From positions 146,269-210,268 of the forward strand of contig CAKPTA010000002.1 of assembly GCA_934190785.1 (NCBI GenBank): DNA of 64,000 nt, given 5' to 3'. Below the pieces are notes generated by a model. That model was given only the letters and a program-made list of their open reading frames with translations. It was not told where the DNA came from and did no database searches. The stretch comes from an uncultured Bacilli bacterium (lineage in GTDB: Bacteria; Bacillota_I; Bacilli_A; RF39; UBA660). This document shows, one piece after another, positions 32,124 through 43,896 of the stretch; the first letter of the stretch is position 1, and each line of letters starts with the position of its first letter. A program made the translations under genes and the position numbers.

Positions 32124-32801
32124 ATGGGTCAAAAAGTTAGTCCAGTCGGTCTTAGACTTGGTATCAATAAAAATTGGGAATCAAAATGGTATGCTGGTAA
32201 TAATGATTTTGCAAAATATTTAAACAATGATGTTAAAATAAGAAAATGTTTATCAAAAAAATTAAAAGACGCAGCAGTTTCAAGTATTCTTATTGAAAGA
32301 AACTCTAACAAGACTGAAGTTATTATTAACACTGCAAAACCAGGTGTAGTAATCGGTCATGGTGGAGATGAAATTGAAAAATTAAAAAATGAATTATCAA
32401 AATTAGTTAATGAAAATGTTCAAATTTCAATTATGGAAGTTAAAAATCCAGATGTTGATGCTGCATTAGTTGCAGAAGGAATTGCACATCAAATTGAAAA
32501 CAGAGTATCATTCAGAATTGCTCAAAAGAGAGCTATTCGTAATGCTATGAAAGCAGGAGCAAAAGGAATTAAAACTTCTGTATCTGGTCGTTTAGGTGGA
32601 GCAGATATGGCTCGTAGCGAAGGATATACAGAAGGTAATATTCCACTTCATACTTTAAGAGCAGATGTTGATTATGCAGCAAAAGAAGCTGATACAACAT
32701 ATGGGAAAATTGGTGTTAAAGTATGGATTTATAAAGGAGAAATCCTTGCCTCAAAAGAAAAAGGAGGTAATGTAAATGGCACTAATACCAAAAAGAACTA
32801 A
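32124..32801 (+). CDS. rpsC: 30S ribosomal protein S3
   Basis: [20 protein letters not shown] domain. 225 aa. Confidence 0.95.
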   Translation: MGQKVSPVGLRLGINKNWESKWYAGNNDFAKYLNNDVKIRKCLSKKLKDAAVSSILIERNSNKTEVIINTAKPGVVIGHGGDEIEKLKNELSKLVNENVQISIMEVKNPDVDAALVAEGIAHQIENRVSFRIAQKRAIRNAMKAGAKGIKTSVSGRLGGADMARSEGYTEGNIPLHTLRADVDYAAKEADTTYGKIGVKVWIYKGEILASKEKGGNVNGTNTKKN

Positions 32802-33204
32802 ATATAGAAGACCTCATAAATTACGTTATGATGGTGTTGCCAAAGGTAATACAGAACTTCACTTTGGTGAATATGGATTAATGGCAATGGATGGTGCTTG
32901 GATTACACAAAGACAAATTGAAGCAGCACGTGTTGCTATGACTCGTTATATGAAACGTGGAGGAAAAGTATGGATTAATATTTTCCCACATCTTTCATTA
33001 ACTAAAATTCCATTAGAAACTCGTATGGGTAAAGGTAAAGGTCAACCTGAAGAATGGGTAGCAGTAGTAAAAAAAGGAAAAATTATGTTTGAAATAGGTG
33101 GAGTAAGTGAGGAAGTAGCTCGTGAAGCTTTAAGACTTGCTATGCATAAATTACCTATTAAGTGTAAATTTGTAAAAAAAGAAAGTGGTGAGGCTTGTGA
33201 GTAA
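32776..33204 (+). CDS. rplP: 50S ribosomal protein L16
   Basis: [12 protein letters not shown]. 142 aa. Confidence 0.9.
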   Translation: MALIPKRTKYRRPHKLRYDGVAKGNTELHFGEYGLMAMDGAWITQRQIEAARVAMTRYMKRGGKVWINIFPHLSLTKIPLETRMGKGKGQPEEWVAVVKKGKIMFEIGGVSEEVAREALRLAMHKLPIKCKFVKKESGEACE

Positions 33205-33403
33205 TAAAGAAATTAGAGAATTAACTAATGAAGAAATTACTAAAAAAATCGAAGAATATAAAGAAGAACTATTCAATTTGCGTTTTAGCCAAGCTACAGG
33301 AAATCTTGAAAAACCTTCAAGAATTAATGAATTAAGAAAGTTAGTAGCACGTATGAAGACAATCTTACGTGAACGCGAACTAGAAGTAAAGGAGGGTAAC
33401 TAA
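33185..33403 (+). CDS. rpmC: 50S ribosomal protein L29 (start probably the GTG at 33197)
   Basis: [13 protein letters not shown]...LRFSQATG. Confidence 0.8.
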   Translation: MVRLVSNKEIRELTNEEITKKIEEYKEELFNLRFSQATGNLEKPSRINELRKLVARMKTILRERELEVKEGN

Positions 33404-33663
33404 TGGAAAAAGTAAGTAACCGTGAATTAGTTGGAAAAGTTGTAAGTGATAAGAATGATAAGACTATTACAGTTTTAGTTGAAACTTACAAAACTGCCCC
33501 TTTATATGGAAAACGCGTAAAAAGTTCTAAAAAATATGCTGCTCACGATGAAAAGAATGAGGCAAAAGTTGGAGATACAGTACGTATCGTTGAAACTAGA
33601 CCATTATCAAAAAATAAACATTTCCGTTTAGTAGAAATCGTAGAGAAAGCAATTATTTTATAA
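33403..33663 (+). CDS. rpsQ: 30S ribosomal protein S17
   Basis: 86 aa. [19 protein letters not shown]. Confidence 0.9.
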   Translation: MEKVSNRELVGKVVSDKNDKTITVLVETYKTAPLYGKRVKSSKKYAAHDEKNEAKVGDTVRIVETRPLSKNKHFRLVEIVEKAIIL

Positions 33664-33688
33664 TTGACACTGGGAGGAGGATCAATAT

Positions 33689-34057
33689 ATGATTCAACAA
33701 GAAAGCCGTTTAAAAGTTGCTGATAATTCTGGTGCACGTGAAGTTAGCGTTATTCGTGTATTAGGTGGAAGTAAAGTTAAAACTGGTAATATTGGAGATA
33801 CAGTCGTTGTAGCTGTAAAAAAAGCAACTCCTAACGGAACAATTGGTAAAGGAAAAGTTGCCAAAGCTGTAATCGTTAGAAGTAAATTTGGTCTAAGAAG
33901 AGAAGACGGATCTTATATTAAGTTCGATGATAATGCATGCGTACTTATTAAAGATGATAAGAGCCCAGTTGGAACTCGTGTATTTGGACCAGTAGCACGT
34001 GAATTACGTGATAAAGATTTTATGAAAATTGTATCACTTGCTAAAGAAGTGTTATAA
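33689..34057 (+). CDS. rplN: 50S ribosomal protein L14
   Basis: [19 protein letters not shown]. 122 aa. Confidence 0.95.
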   Translation: MIQQESRLKVADNSGAREVSVIRVLGGSKVKTGNIGDTVVVAVKKATPNGTIGKGKVAKAVIVRSKFGLRREDGSYIKFDDNACVLIKDDKSPVGTRVFGPVARELRDKDFMKIVSLAKEVL

Positions 34058-34075
34058 CTTTCGAAGGAGGATAAC

Positions 34076-34384
34076 ATGAAACTAAAAACAGGAGATAAGG
34101 TTGTTGTTATTGCTGGGAAAGATAAAGGAAAAGAAGGAAACATTATCAAGACATTAGCATCAAAGAATAAAGTAGTTGTTGAAGGTATTAATATCGTAAA
34201 AAAACATGTTAAACCAAACGGACAAACTGCTGGAAGTATTGTTGAAGTAGAATCAGCAATCGATGCTTCTAATGTTATGTTAGTAGATCCTAAAACCGGA
34301 AAACAAACCAGAATAGGACATACTGTTGATAAAAAAGGAAAAAAGATTAGAGTCGCAAAAAAATCAAACTCTAATATTGATTAA
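34076..34384 (+). CDS. rplX: 50S ribosomal protein L24
   Basis: KOW motif [21 protein letters not shown]. Confidence 0.9.
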   Translation: MKLKTGDKVVVIAGKDKGKEGNIIKTLASKNKVVVEGINIVKKHVKPNGQTAGSIVEVESAIDASNVMLVDPKTGKQTRIGHTVDKKGKKIRVAKKSNSNID

Positions 34385-34401
34385 TTGGAAGGAGGGTATA
34401 T

Positions 34402-34941
34402 ATGAACCGCCTAAAAGCAAAGTATAATGAAGAAATCATACCTAGTTTAGAAAAAGAATTTAATTACACAAACATTATGGACGTTCCAAAATTAGATAAA
34501 ATTGTTGTCAATATGGGAGTTGGAGATGCTACTTCAAACAGTAAATTGTTAGAGGCTGCAATGGCTGACTTAGAGATTATCACTGGACAAAAACCAGTAG
34601 CAACAAAAGCTAAAAAAGCAATTGCTGGATTTAAGTTAAGAGCTGGTCAAGCAATTGGATGTAAGGTAACTTTACGTGGTGAGAATATGTATAATTTCTT
34701 AGATAAATTAATTAGTATAACATTACCACGTGTAAGAGACTTTAGAGGTATATCTACAAAGTCTTTTGATGGAAGAGGTAACTACACATTAGGACTTAAT
34801 GAACAATTAATTTTCTCTGAAATAGAATATGATAATGTTGTTAAAGTACGTGGTATGGATATTGTTTTTGTAACAACAGCAAAGACAAATAAAGAAGCAC
34901 TTGCTCTATTAAAAGGTTTCGGTATGCCATTTAAAAAGTAA
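34402..34941 (+). CDS. rplE: 50S ribosomal protein L5
   Basis: 179 aa. [12 protein letters not shown]... Confidence 0.95.
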   Translation: MNRLKAKYNEEIIPSLEKEFNYTNIMDVPKLDKIVVNMGVGDATSNSKLLEAAMADLEIITGQKPVATKAKKAIAGFKLRAGQAIGCKVTLRGENMYNFLDKLISITLPRVRDFRGISTKSFDGRGNYTLGLNEQLIFSEIEYDNVVKVRGMDIVFVTTAKTNKEALALLKGFGMPFKK

Positions 34942-34958
34942 CAATATAGGAGGATATT

Positions 34959-35144
34959 ATGGCTAAGAAAAGTATGATTGTAAAACAGTCAAGAAAACCA
35001 AAATTCAAAGTACGTGAATATACTCGTTGTGAGAGATGTGGTAGACCTCACGCAGTACTTAAAAAATATGGAATTTGTCGTATTTGCTTTAGAGAATTAG
35101 CATATCAAGGACAAATACCAGGTGTTAAAAAATCTAGTTGGTAA
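34959..35144 (+). CDS. rpsN: 30S ribosomal protein S14, zinc-binding type Z (61 aa)
   Basis: [23 protein letters not shown] is a C4 zinc ribbon. Confidence 0.9.
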   Translation: MAKKSMIVKQSRKPKFKVREYTRCERCGRPHAVLKKYGICRICFRELAYQGQIPGVKKSSW

Positions 35145-35164
35145 GACTGAAGGGAGGATAAAGT

Positions 35165-35566
35165 ATGGGATTTGCAAATGATCCAATCGCTGATATGCTT
35201 ACACGTATTCGTAACGCAAATCAAATGCGATATGCAGAAGTTGAAGTACCCGCTTCAAAAATAAAAATGGAAATTGCTAGAATATTAAAGAGCGAAGGAT
35301 TTATTTCTGACTATTCTGTAAAGAAAAATGACGTTCAAAATATGATAGTATTAAATTTAAAATATGGAAAAAATAAAGAACGTGTAATTACTGGATTAAA
35401 GAGAATTTCAAAACCAGGTTTACGTGTTTATGCTAAAGCTACTGAAGTACCTAGAGTATTAAATGGTCTTGGTATTGCAATTGTGTCAACATCTAAAGGT
35501 GTTATGACTGATAAGGAAGCAAGAAAAGAATCATTAGGTGGAGAAGTTTTAGCTTATATTTGGTAG
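35165..35566 (+). CDS. rpsH: 30S ribosomal protein S8
   Basis: [13 protein letters not shown]. Confidence 0.95.
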   Translation: MGFANDPIADMLTRIRNANQMRYAEVEVPASKIKMEIARILKSEGFISDYSVKKNDVQNMIVLNLKYGKNKERVITGLKRISKPGLRVYAKATEVPRVLNGLGIAIVSTSKGVMTDKEARKESLGGEVLAYIW

Positions 35567-35584
35567 AAAGCAAGGAGGATTAAT

Positions 35585-36115
35585 ATGAGTCGTATTGGTA
35601 ATAGAAAATTACTAGTACCTGAGAATGTTACAGTAACAGTTGATTCTAATATCGTTACAGTAAAAGGTCCTAAAGGTGAACTTTCTACTGAGTTACAAAA
35701 AGGAATTAATGTTGCTGTTGAAGGAAATGAAGTTGTTGTTACAAGAGACAACGATAACATTAAACATTTTCATGGAACAGCAAACGCTAATATCAAGAAT
35801 ATGATTATTGGTGTAACAGAAGGATATGTAAAAAATCTTGAAGCTGTTGGAGTTGGATATCGTTTCAATGTAAGTGGTAATACAATTACAATAAGTGCAG
35901 GTTATTCACATCCAGTAAAAATAGAAATTCCAGCAGGACTTACTGTTGAAGGTATAAGTAATACTGAAATTAGTATAAAAGGTATTGATAAGTGTCTTGT
36001 TGGTGAATTTGCTGCAAATGTAAGAAAAGTAAGAGAACCAGAGCCATATAAAGGTAAAGGTATTCGTTACAAAGAAGAACACATTCGTCGTAAAGAAGGA
36101 AAAAAGGCAGCGTAA
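35585..36115 (+). CDS. rplF: 50S ribosomal protein L6
   Basis: MSRIGNRKLLVPENVTV. Confidence 0.95.
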   Translation: MSRIGNRKLLVPENVTVTVDSNIVTVKGPKGELSTELQKGINVAVEGNEVVVTRDNDNIKHFHGTANANIKNMIIGVTEGYVKNLEAVGVGYRFNVSGNTITISAGYSHPVKIEIPAGLTVEGISNTEISIKGIDKCLVGEFAANVRKVREPEPYKGKGIRYKEEHIRRKEGKKAA

Positions 36116-36143
36116 CCTAATTTAGTAAAGGAGAGTAATACTC

Positions 36144-36506
36144 ATGATTAAAAAAGTATCAAGAAATGTTGTGCGTCAAGCTAGACATGATCGTGTTAGA
36201 GCTAAAGTAAGCGGAACAGGTACAACACCAAGATTAAGTGTGTTTAGATCAAATGAGAATATATTTGCTCAAATTATCGATGATGAAAAGGGAATTACAT
36301 TAGTAAGTGCTTCTTCAATCGATAAAGATTTAAAACTTGAAAATGGTGGAAATGTAGAAGCTGCTAAAAAAGTTGGTGAATTACTAGCTAAAAGAGCAGT
36401 TGAAGCAAAAATAAGTAAAGTAGTATTTGATAGAGGTGGATACCTATATCATGGACGTGTTAAAGCTTTAGCAGAAGCAGCACGTGAAAATGGATTAGAA
36501 TTCTAA
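36144..36506 (+). CDS. rplR: 50S ribosomal protein L18
   Basis: 120 aa. [18 protein letters not shown]. Confidence 0.9.
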   Translation: MIKKVSRNVVRQARHDRVRAKVSGTGTTPRLSVFRSNENIFAQIIDDEKGITLVSASSIDKDLKLENGGNVEAAKKVGELLAKRAVEAKISKVVFDRGGYLYHGRVKALAEAARENGLEF

Positions 36507-36520
36507 AAGGAGGGTAACTA

Positions 36521-37024
36521 ATGGAAAATAGAAGAAGAGAACCACGCCCAAAACAATATGAAGATGAAGTAATTACTATTAAAAGAGTTACAAAGGTAAC
36601 AAAAGGTGGTCGTCATTTCCGTTTTGCTGCTACAGTTGTAGTAGGAGATAGAAAAGGTAAAGTTGGTTTAGGTACTGGAAAAGCAAATGAAGTTCCAGAT
36701 GCAATCAAAAAAGCCATTCAAGCTGCTACTAAAAACGTAGTAACAGTATCATTAGTAGATGAAAGAACAATTCCACATGAAGCGATTGGTGTAGAAGGTG
36801 CTAGTCGTGTTATGTTAAAACCAGCTGTTTCTGGTACAGGTGTTAAAGCTGGTGGACCAGTAAGAGCTGTACTTGAACTTGCAGGAGTTAAGGACATTTT
36901 ATCAAAATCACTTGGTTCAAATACAAAAATTAATATGGCAACAGCTACTTTAAATGCATTAAAATCTCAAAAAACAAGAGAAGAAGTTGCTGCATTACGT
37001 GGTAAGAAAGTAGAGGAAATCTAA
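36521..37024 (+). CDS. rpsE: 30S ribosomal protein S5
   Basis: 167 aa. [13 protein letters not shown]. Confidence 0.95.
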   Translation: MENRRREPRPKQYEDEVITIKRVTKVTKGGRHFRFAATVVVGDRKGKVGLGTGKANEVPDAIKKAIQAATKNVVTVSLVDERTIPHEAIGVEGASRVMLKPAVSGTGVKAGGPVRAVLELAGVKDILSKSLGSNTKINMATATLNALKSQKTREEVAALRGKKVEEI

Positions 37025-37467
37025 TGAAACTACATACAATGTACGCTCCAGAAGGAGCAACAAAAGTTGCAAAAAGAAAAGGTCAAGGTGTTGGTTCAGG
37101 TAACGGTAAAACTGCTGGACGTGGACACAAAGGACAAAATGCAAGAAGTGGTGGCGGAGTAAGACCTGGGTTTGAAGGTGGACAATTACCATTATTCAGA
37201 CGTTTACCAAAAAGAGGTTTTACAAATGCTCAATTTAAGACTGTATATGCTGTTATTAATTTAAGTGATTTAAATAAATTTGAAGATGGAGCAGTTGTTA
37301 CTCCAGAATTATTAAAAGAAATGGGATTGTTAAAAAATCAACTAGATGGTGTTAAAGTATTAGGAAATGGAACTTTAGAGAAAAAATTAACTGTAAAAGC
37401 AAATAAATTTTCTGATAAAGCATTAGAACAAATAGAAAAATTAGGTGGAAAAGCAGAGGTGATCTAA
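37024..37467 (+). CDS. rplO: 50S ribosomal protein L15
   Basis: [12 protein letters not shown]... Gly/Arg-rich N-terminus. Follows rpsE directly with no rpmD. Confidence 0.9.
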   Translation: MKLHTMYAPEGATKVAKRKGQGVGSGNGKTAGRGHKGQNARSGGGVRPGFEGGQLPLFRRLPKRGFTNAQFKTVYAVINLSDLNKFEDGAVVTPELLKEMGLLKNQLDGVKVLGNGTLEKKLTVKANKFSDKALEQIEKLGGKAEVI

Positions 37468-37468
37468 A

Positions 37469-38740
37469 ATGTTTGCCAAATTTAAGCAAATATTTGCTCC
37501 TCAGAATAAAGACTTAAGAAAAAAGATATTATTTACATTTTTAGGATTATTTATATTTAAATTAGGTACGACGATTGTTGTTCCTGGTATTGATAAAAGT
37601 TCATTAGACGCTAATAATTTAGGTTTCTTAGAATTAATTAATGCTATGGGTGGAGGAGCCATGGAGCAATTTTCTATTTTTGCTCTTGGAGTAATGCCAT
37701 ATATTAGTGCATCAATTATCGTACAGCTATTACAAATGGATATTATTCCATATTTCTCTGAACTTGCTAAACAAGGTGGAACTGGTAGAGCAAAATTAAA
37801 TCAAATTACGAGGTATTTAGGAATAGCACTTGCATTTATTCAAGGATATTTCTTCTCATTTGCATTTGTTTCAAATGGGACACCTCTTGATTATATGACT
37901 TATTCATTAATTTTAACTGCTGGTACCGCATTATTACTATGGATCGGAGATCAAATAACTGCTAAAGGTATTGGAAACGGTGTTTCATTAATTATTATGG
38001 CAGGTATAATAGCTACTTTACCTAATATGTTTATTGAGGCGTTTAATAGTTTAATTGTTACTACAAGTACACAAGCGTTAATTTTAGGAATTGTTAAGTT
38101 TGTTTTATTTGTTATGTTATATATTGCAATTGTTTTAGCAGTCGTATTTATTGAGGGAGCTGAGAGACGTATTCCTATTCAATATGCGAATAAATCAACA
38201 AGTATGTATGGACAAAAACAAAGTTATATTCCATTTAAGTTAAATTCGTCTGGTGTAATTCCTGTAATCTTTGCATCAGCAATTATAACTATACCTGGTT
38301 TAATTGCTAGAGTTATAAAAAAAGATGGATTTACATTATTTGTAAGTAAATATCTATCTCAAACATCTGTAACTGGGTTTATTTTATATATAATTTGTAT
38401 TTTTGGATTTGCGTATTTTTATACATTCTTCCAATTAAAACCAAAAGAACTTTCTGAAAATTTAAGTCAAAATGGTGGTTATATTCCAGGTATTCGCCCT
38501 GGTGAAGAAACTGTTACATATGTTAGTAAGGTTTTAAAAAGAATTACAACAGTAGGTGCTACTAGTTTAGCTATAATAGCGGCACTTCCAATTATATTTG
38601 GTATGATTTCTACGATGCCAACAAGTGTAAGTATTGGTGGAACAGGACTTTTAATTGTTGTTGGAGTTGCTTTAGAAACTTATAAACAAATTGATAGTGA
38701 ACTTATTACTCGTTCATTTAAAAGAGGTAGAAGAAAATGA
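37469..38740 (+). CDS. secY: preprotein translocase subunit SecY
   Basis: 423 aa, 10 TM. Position in the spc operon. Confidence 0.95.
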   Translation: MFAKFKQIFAPQNKDLRKKILFTFLGLFIFKLGTTIVVPGIDKSSLDANNLGFLELINAMGGGAMEQFSIFALGVMPYISASIIVQLLQMDIIPYFSELAKQGGTGRAKLNQITRYLGIALAFIQGYFFSFAFVSNGTPLDYMTYSLILTAGTALLLWIGDQITAKGIGNGVSLIIMAGIIATLPNMFIEAFNSLIVTTSTQALILGIVKFVLFVMLYIAIVLAVVFIEGAERRIPIQYANKSTSMYGQKQSYIPFKLNSSGVIPVIFASAIITIPGLIARVIKKDGFTLFVSKYLSQTSVTGFILYIICIFGFAYFYTFFQLKPKELSENLSQNGGYIPGIRPGEETVTYVSKVLKRITTVGATSLAIIAALPIIFGMISTMPTSVSIGGTGLLIVVGVALETYKQIDSELITRSFKRGRRK

Positions 38741-39381
38741 AAAGTATGATTTTTATTGCCCCACCTGCTGCGGGAAAAGGAACACAAGCTAAGTTAATTT
38801 GTGAAGAATATAATTTAGAACATATTTCAACAGGTGATTTATTAAGAATTGAAGCATTAAATAATAGTGATATAAAAGCTAAAATGGATGCTGGTGAGTT
38901 TATTAGTGACGATATAATATTATCATTAATTAAAAATAAGATTAAATCACTTGGTTCTAAAGATGGATATATTTTAGATGGCTTTCCTAGAAATATAAAT
39001 CAGGCTGAGGCATTTAATGAAATGCTAGAAAATGTAAATGAAAAAATTAATTATGTTATTTATATTGATGTTTCGAAAGAAACAGCAAAAAATAGAATCG
39101 TTGGTCGTTTATATTGTACAAATTGTGGTTCTACGTATAGTGAGTTAGTAGATGAAAATAAACCAAAGGTTGAAAATATATGTGATAGATGTCAAAGTAA
39201 GCTTGTAAAACGAGCAGATGATAATGCAGAAACATTTGAAAATCGTTTTGATAAGTATATGACACTTACATTACCATTACTTGATTATTATAAGAATCAA
39301 AATATTTTGTATAGTGTAGATGGAAATCAAGATTCCTCTATTGTGAATAAAGAAATTAAAAGAATAGTTGAAGGTGAATAA
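38737..39381 (+). CDS. adk: adenylate kinase (with zinc-binding LID CxxC...CxxC)
   Basis: P-loop IFIAPPAAGKGTQA. CTNCGSTY...CDRCQS. Confidence 0.95.
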   Translation: MKSMIFIAPPAAGKGTQAKLICEEYNLEHISTGDLLRIEALNNSDIKAKMDAGEFISDDIILSLIKNKIKSLGSKDGYILDGFPRNINQAEAFNEMLENVNEKINYVIYIDVSKETAKNRIVGRLYCTNCGSTYSELVDENKPKVENICDRCQSKLVKRADDNAETFENRFDKYMTLTLPLLDYYKNQNILYSVDGNQDSSIVNKEIKRIVEGE

Positions 39382-39382
39382 T

Positions 39383-40129
39383 ATGATAACAATTAAATCT
39401 GAACGTGAAATTGAATTAATGAAAATTGCAGGTGAAATTGTTGGTAAAACGCATCATTACTTAGAGAGTTATTTGAAACCAGGTATTACAACTGGAGAAT
39501 TAGATAAACTCGCTAATGACTTTATTTTAAGTCAGGGTGCTACTCCTTCTTTTAAAAATTTATATGGTTTTCCAGGAACAATATGTATTTCTTTGAATGA
39601 AGAAGTTGTGCATGGTATTCCTGGAAAACGTAAATTAAAAGATGGTGATATTATTACGCTTGATATTGGAGCTTGTTATAAAGGTTATCATGGTGATTCG
39701 GCATGGACTTACGCTGTTGGAAAAATTAGCGATGACAAAAAGTATTTAATGGAACATACCGAAAAAGCATTATTTAAGGGCCTTTCTGAAATTCATGATG
39801 GTGTTCATTTAGGTGATGTTAGTTGTGCTATTGAAGAGTATGCTAATTTACATCATTTAGGTGTTGTAAAAGAGCTTACTGGACATGGTATAGGAACAAA
39901 AGTTCATGAAGATCCTGATGTTCCAAATTATGGGAAAAGAGGTACTGGACCAATTTTAAGAAAAGGTATGACAATTGCCGTTGAACCAATGCTTAATTTA
40001 GGTACAGCAGACATTTTTATGTTAGATGATGATTGGACTATAGTAACAGCAGATGATAAACCTGCTGCACATTATGAACATACAGTACTTGTTACAGAAG
40101 ATGGGTACACAATATTAACAAAGAGGTGA
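39383..40129 (+). CDS. map: type I methionine aminopeptidase
   Basis: [14 protein letters not shown] plus metal-binding D/H/E residues. Confidence 0.9.
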   Translation: MITIKSEREIELMKIAGEIVGKTHHYLESYLKPGITTGELDKLANDFILSQGATPSFKNLYGFPGTICISLNEEVVHGIPGKRKLKDGDIITLDIGACYKGYHGDSAWTYAVGKISDDKKYLMEHTEKALFKGLSEIHDGVHLGDVSCAIEEYANLHHLGVVKELTGHGIGTKVHEDPDVPNYGKRGTGPILRKGMTIAVEPMLNLGTADIFMLDDDWTIVTADDKPAAHYEHTVLVTEDGYTILTKR

Positions 40130-40133
40130 TAAA

Positions 40134-40394
40134 ATGCCAAAGAAACCAGTTAACAAAAATAAAACAGTTATAGAAAAACCGCAAAAAAAATCAGCTATCG
40201 AAGTTGAGGGAAAGGTGTTAGAAGTTTTACCTGGAGGTCAATTTAGAGTAGAACTTGCTAATAAGCATACTGTAGTTGCTCACGTTTCTGGTAAAATCCG
40301 TATGAACTATATTCGCATTTTACCAGGTGATACAGTTACGCTTGAATTATCAGAATATGATTTAACACGTGGGCGTATAACCTATAGAAAATAG
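40134..40394 (+). CDS. infA: translation initiation factor IF-1 (with about 14-aa basic N-terminal extension as annotated)
   Basis: Core [62 protein letters not shown]. Confidence 0.85.
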   Translation: MPKKPVNKNKTVIEKPQKKSAIEVEGKVLEVLPGGQFRVELANKHTVVAHVSGKIRMNYIRILPGDTVTLELSEYDLTRGRITYRK

Positions 40395-40404
40395 GAGGGA
40401 AAAT

Positions 40405-40518
40405 ATGAAAGTAAAAGCTTCGGTTAAACCGATATGTGCAAAATGCAAAGTAATTAAAAGAAAAGGTAAATTAAGAATAATTTGTGAAAATCCAAAACAC
40501 AAACAAGTACAAGGTTAA
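40405..40518 (+). CDS. rpmJ: 50S ribosomal protein L36 (37 aa)
   Basis: [47 protein letters not shown]. Below the ORF-track length cut-off. Confidence 0.85.
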   Translation: MKVKASVKPICAKCKVIKRKGKLRIICENPKHKQVQG

Positions 40519-40533
40519 TATAGGAGGTGTTTT

Positions 40534-40899
40534 ATGGCACGTATTAAAGGTGTAGATATACCTAATAATAAAAGAATTGAAATCGCATTAACTTATATTT
40601 ATGGGATTGGAAGAAGTTTATCTAATAAGATTTTAGCAGATGCTAAAATTGACTCTAATAAAAGAGCTGGAGATTTATCAAATGATGAATTAGGTCAAAT
40701 TCGTGATCAAATTGATAAATATGCGATTGAAGGAGATTTACGACGTGAAGTTAATATGAACATCAAAACAAAGATGGAAATTAATTCATATCAAGGAACT
40801 CGTCATAAAAAAGGTTTACCAGTAAGAGGACAAAGAACAAATCGTAATGCTCGTACTCGTAAAGGTAAAGGAAAAACAGTTGCAAATAAGAAGAAATAA
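40534..40899 (+). CDS. rpsM: 30S ribosomal protein S13
   Basis: [26 protein letters not shown]. Confidence 0.95.
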   Translation: MARIKGVDIPNNKRIEIALTYIYGIGRSLSNKILADAKIDSNKRAGDLSNDELGQIRDQIDKYAIEGDLRREVNMNIKTKMEINSYQGTRHKKGLPVRGQRTNRNARTRKGKGKTVANKKK

Positions 40900-40926
40900 T
40901 TATAACTAAAAAAGGAGGTTATATAT

Positions 40927-41310
40927 ATGGCTTATAAACCAAGAAAACGTAAAGTTAAAAAGAATGTACCAGAAGGTAGAGCATATATTCATTCAACTTT
41001 TAATAACACTATTGTAACACTTAGTGATAAAGAAGGTAATGCAATTAGCTGGGCATCAGCTGGTACTTTAGGATTTAAAGGAAGTAAAAAATCAACTCCA
41101 TTTGCTGCAGGAATGTCTGCAGAAGCTGCAGGAAAAGCTGCATATGATATGGGAATGAGAAAAGTAGAAGTATTTGTAAAAGGATTAGGTTCAGGACGTG
41201 AAACAGCTATTCGTTCACTACAAACTGCAGGACTTGAAATATCTTCAATTACTGATGTAACACCAGTCCCACATAATGGATGTCGTCCACCAAAACGTCC
41301 ACGTGGCTAA
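40927..41310 (+). CDS. rpsK: 30S ribosomal protein S11
   Basis: 127 aa. [14 protein letters not shown]. Confidence 0.95.
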   Translation: MAYKPRKRKVKKNVPEGRAYIHSTFNNTIVTLSDKEGNAISWASAGTLGFKGSKKSTPFAAGMSAEAAGKAAYDMGMRKVEVFVKGLGSGRETAIRSLQTAGLEISSITDVTPVPHNGCRPPKRPRG

Positions 41311-41330
41311 TAGAAAAGGAGTGTGTTAAA

Positions 41331-42281
41331 GTGTTAAACTTTGAAAAACCAATCTACAAAATCACTGATTACGTAGAAAATAATAATTATGGAAAATTTG
41401 AATTAGAACCTTTGGAAAGAGGATTTGGAACTACGATTGGTAATGCTCTTCGTAGAGTAATGCTATCTAGTATGCCAGGAAGTGCAATAGTTGCTGTTAA
41501 AATAGATGGTGTAATGCATGAATTTCAAACAATTGATGGAATTGTAGAAGATGTTACATCTATTGTTTTAAATCTAAAGAATGTAGTTGTAAAGAAACAA
41601 ACTAGCGATGTTAAGATAGCTCATTTACATGTTGAAGAAGAGCGTGTAGTTACAGCTGCTGACATTATTACAGATGAAGATGTTGAAATCGTAAATCCTA
41701 CACAAGAAATTGCTACTATTTCTAAAGGTGGAAAATTAGATATGGAATTCATTATTGCTAGTGGTAGAGGTTATGTTCCATCTAATGAAAACAAAAAGTA
41801 TATCGAAGACTCTAAAATTGGTTTTATTCCAATTGATGCACTTTATTCACCAATCGAAAGAATTAGCTATGATGTAGATAGTGCACGTGTTGGACAAGAT
41901 GCAAGTTATGACAAATTAATAATGAATGTTTATACTAACGGATCTATTCGTCCAGAAGAGGCAATGGCATTAGGTGCTAAAATTTTAATTGAACATTTAA
42001 ATGTAGTTACTAATTTAAGTGAAATTGCGGATACAACTGGTATCATGAACGCAAAACAAGAAGATAGTAAATTAAAGAAACTTGAAACATCTATTGATGA
42101 TCTTGATTTCTCTGTAAGAGCATATAATTGTTTGAAGAGAGCTGGTATCAATACATTAGGTGATTTAACAGAAAAATCTGAGTTAGAAATGATGAAGATT
42201 CGTAATTTAGGTAAAAAGTCTCTAAAAGAAGTAATTGATAAAATTAAAGAAATGGGACTTAAATTCCGCGACGAAGATTAA
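41331..42281 (+). CDS. rpoA: DNA-directed RNA polymerase alpha subunit
   Basis: GTG start with RBS AAAAGGAG. N-terminal LNFEKP, alpha-CTD at the C-terminus. The track ORF from 41280 is an upstream extension overlapping rpsK. Confidence 0.9.
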   Translation: MLNFEKPIYKITDYVENNNYGKFELEPLERGFGTTIGNALRRVMLSSMPGSAIVAVKIDGVMHEFQTIDGIVEDVTSIVLNLKNVVVKKQTSDVKIAHLHVEEERVVTAADIITDEDVEIVNPTQEIATISKGGKLDMEFIIASGRGYVPSNENKKYIEDSKIGFIPIDALYSPIERISYDVDSARVGQDASYDKLIMNVYTNGSIRPEEAMALGAKILIEHLNVVTNLSEIADTTGIMNAKQEDSKLKKLETSIDDLDFSVRAYNCLKRAGINTLGDLTEKSELEMMKIRNLGKKSLKEVIDKIKEMGLKFRDED

Positions 42282-42298
42282 CAGTTAGGAGGAATAAT

Positions 42299-42649
42299 AT
42301 GGCATATAGAAAATTAGGAAGAACTTGCAAACATAGAAGAAGTATGTTAGCTAATTTAACTAAAGATTTAATAATGAATGAACGAATTGAAACTACTGAA
42401 ACTAGAGCAAAAGAAGTTCGTAAATTTGTTGATAAAATGATTAGTTATGGTAAAGATGGTTCTTTAGTTGCAAGAAGAAAAGCATTAGCATTTATGCAAA
42501 ATGATAATGTAGCTACAAAAAAAGTATTTGATGATTTAGCAAAACGTTATGCTACTAGAAATGGTGGATATACAAGAATTTTAAAATTAAATGAACGTAA
42601 AGGTGACGATGCGTTAATGGTTATTTTAGAATTAGTAGAAGGAGAATAA
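42299..42649 (+). CDS. rplQ: 50S ribosomal protein L17
   Basis: 116 aa. A terminator (GAAGGA/TCCTTC plus T11) follows at 42634-42662. Confidence 0.95.
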   Translation: MAYRKLGRTCKHRRSMLANLTKDLIMNERIETTETRAKEVRKFVDKMISYGKDGSLVARRKALAFMQNDNVATKKVFDDLAKRYATRNGGYTRILKLNERKGDDALMVILELVEGE

Positions 42650-42708
42650 TCCTTCTTTTTTTTTTTGACTTTATCTTAGTTTTTTTGTACAATAGTATTG
42701 GTGAGAGT

Positions 42709-43467
42709 ATGACAGCTTTGATAACTGGGGCAAGTTCTGGTATTGGAAAAGATATGGCTATTATTTTAAGTAATTTAGGCTATGATTTGATTTTAGTATC
42801 AAGAAACAAACAAGAATTATTGTTGGTTCAAAAATTAATTAAAACAAATTCAAAAATTATTCCTCTTGATTTATCGGTAGAGGAAAACTGTTTTAACCTT
42901 TTTGAAGAGGTAAAAAATGAAAATATAGATATTTTAATAAATAATGCTGGTTTTGGTATTTATGGCTTTTTTGATAAAACAGATATTGCAAGTGAAATAA
43001 AGCAACTAGAATTAAATACTAAAGCAGTATTAATTTTAACAAAACTTTTTTTACCGTTGATGGAAAAGAAAAATTATGGATATATATTAAATGTAGCATC
43101 ATCAGCGGCTTATTTACCAGGACCTTTAATGAGTGGTTATTATGCAAGTAAAGCCTATGTACTTAGATTAACAGAATCTATTCATGGTGAATTAAAGGCA
43201 AAAAAAAGTAATGTATATATTGGTGCATTATGTCCAGGTCCTGTCGATACTAATTTTAATAATAATGCAGGTATAAAATTTAGCGCACCAACTATATCAA
43301 GTTATAAAGTTGCAAATTATGCATTAAAGAAAATGTTTAAAAAGAAAATAGTTATAGTTCCTGGTATGCATATGAAACTTTCTATCTTTTTTGTTAGATT
43401 TATACCACATTGTATTTTAATCAAAATAGCATATTTTATACAAAGGAGGAAAAGTATTTATGAATAA
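42709..43467 (+). CDS. short-chain dehydrogenase/reductase (SDR) family oxidoreductase
   Basis: TGASSGIGKD cofactor motif, NNAG, catalytic YASK. Start chosen at MTALITG (RBS GGTGAGAG). The track ORF starts at 42685. Confidence 0.8.
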   Translation: MTALITGASSGIGKDMAIILSNLGYDLILVSRNKQELLLVQKLIKTNSKIIPLDLSVEENCFNLFEEVKNENIDILINNAGFGIYGFFDKTDIASEIKQLELNTKAVLILTKLFLPLMEKKNYGYILNVASSAAYLPGPLMSGYYASKAYVLRLTESIHGELKAKKSNVYIGALCPGPVDTNFNNNAGIKFSAPTISSYKVANYALKKMFKKKIVIVPGMHMKLSIFFVRFIPHCILIKIAYFIQRRKSIYE

Positions 43468-43867
43468 TAAAGGATTAACTTTAGTGGAATTATTGGGTGT
43501 TTTAGTTGTTTTAACTGTTATTGTTTCAATTGTAACTTCCATTGTAACAAGAGATTTAAAAAAATCACGAGTAGAATTATGTGAACATGAATTAGATTCT
43601 TTTATTGATGCTTCTAAAAATTGGCTTACAGATAAAATAGATGGTGATTATTCTAATGTATATGAGTCTGATGGTAATTTTATAGAACAGTGTGTAACAG
43701 TAGAACAATTATATAATGGAGGTTATATTACAGAACCAGATAAAAAATATATAAATTCTAATGTTGGAGTAATTATAACTAAAAATAATGCATCATATTC
43801 ATATGATATTGCTGAAAAAACAGGTTCTACTTGTAAAAAAGTAAAAACTTCAAATATATGTAATTAA
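43460..43867 (+). CDS. prepilin-type N-terminal cleavage/methylation domain protein (second pilin-like gene)
   Basis: MNNKGLTLVELLGVLVVLTVIVSIV is a class III signal peptide. 135 aa with a C-terminal Cys pair. RBS AGGAGG. Confidence 0.6.
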   Translation: MNNKGLTLVELLGVLVVLTVIVSIVTSIVTRDLKKSRVELCEHELDSFIDASKNWLTDKIDGDYSNVYESDGNFIEQCVTVEQLYNGGYITEPDKKYINSNVGVIITKNNASYSYDIAEKTGSTCKKVKTSNICN

Positions 43868-43896
43868 AAATTTGTATAGTATTAGTGGGGATGTTT

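Noticed and set aside
41280-41330. Upstream extension of rpoA ORF ([15 protein letters not shown]...) overlapping the rpsK 3-prime end
   Set aside because: A GTG at 41331 with RBS AAAAGGAG gives the canonical RpoA N-terminus (LNFEKP). The extension would overlap S11 coding sequence by 30 nt with no RBS.
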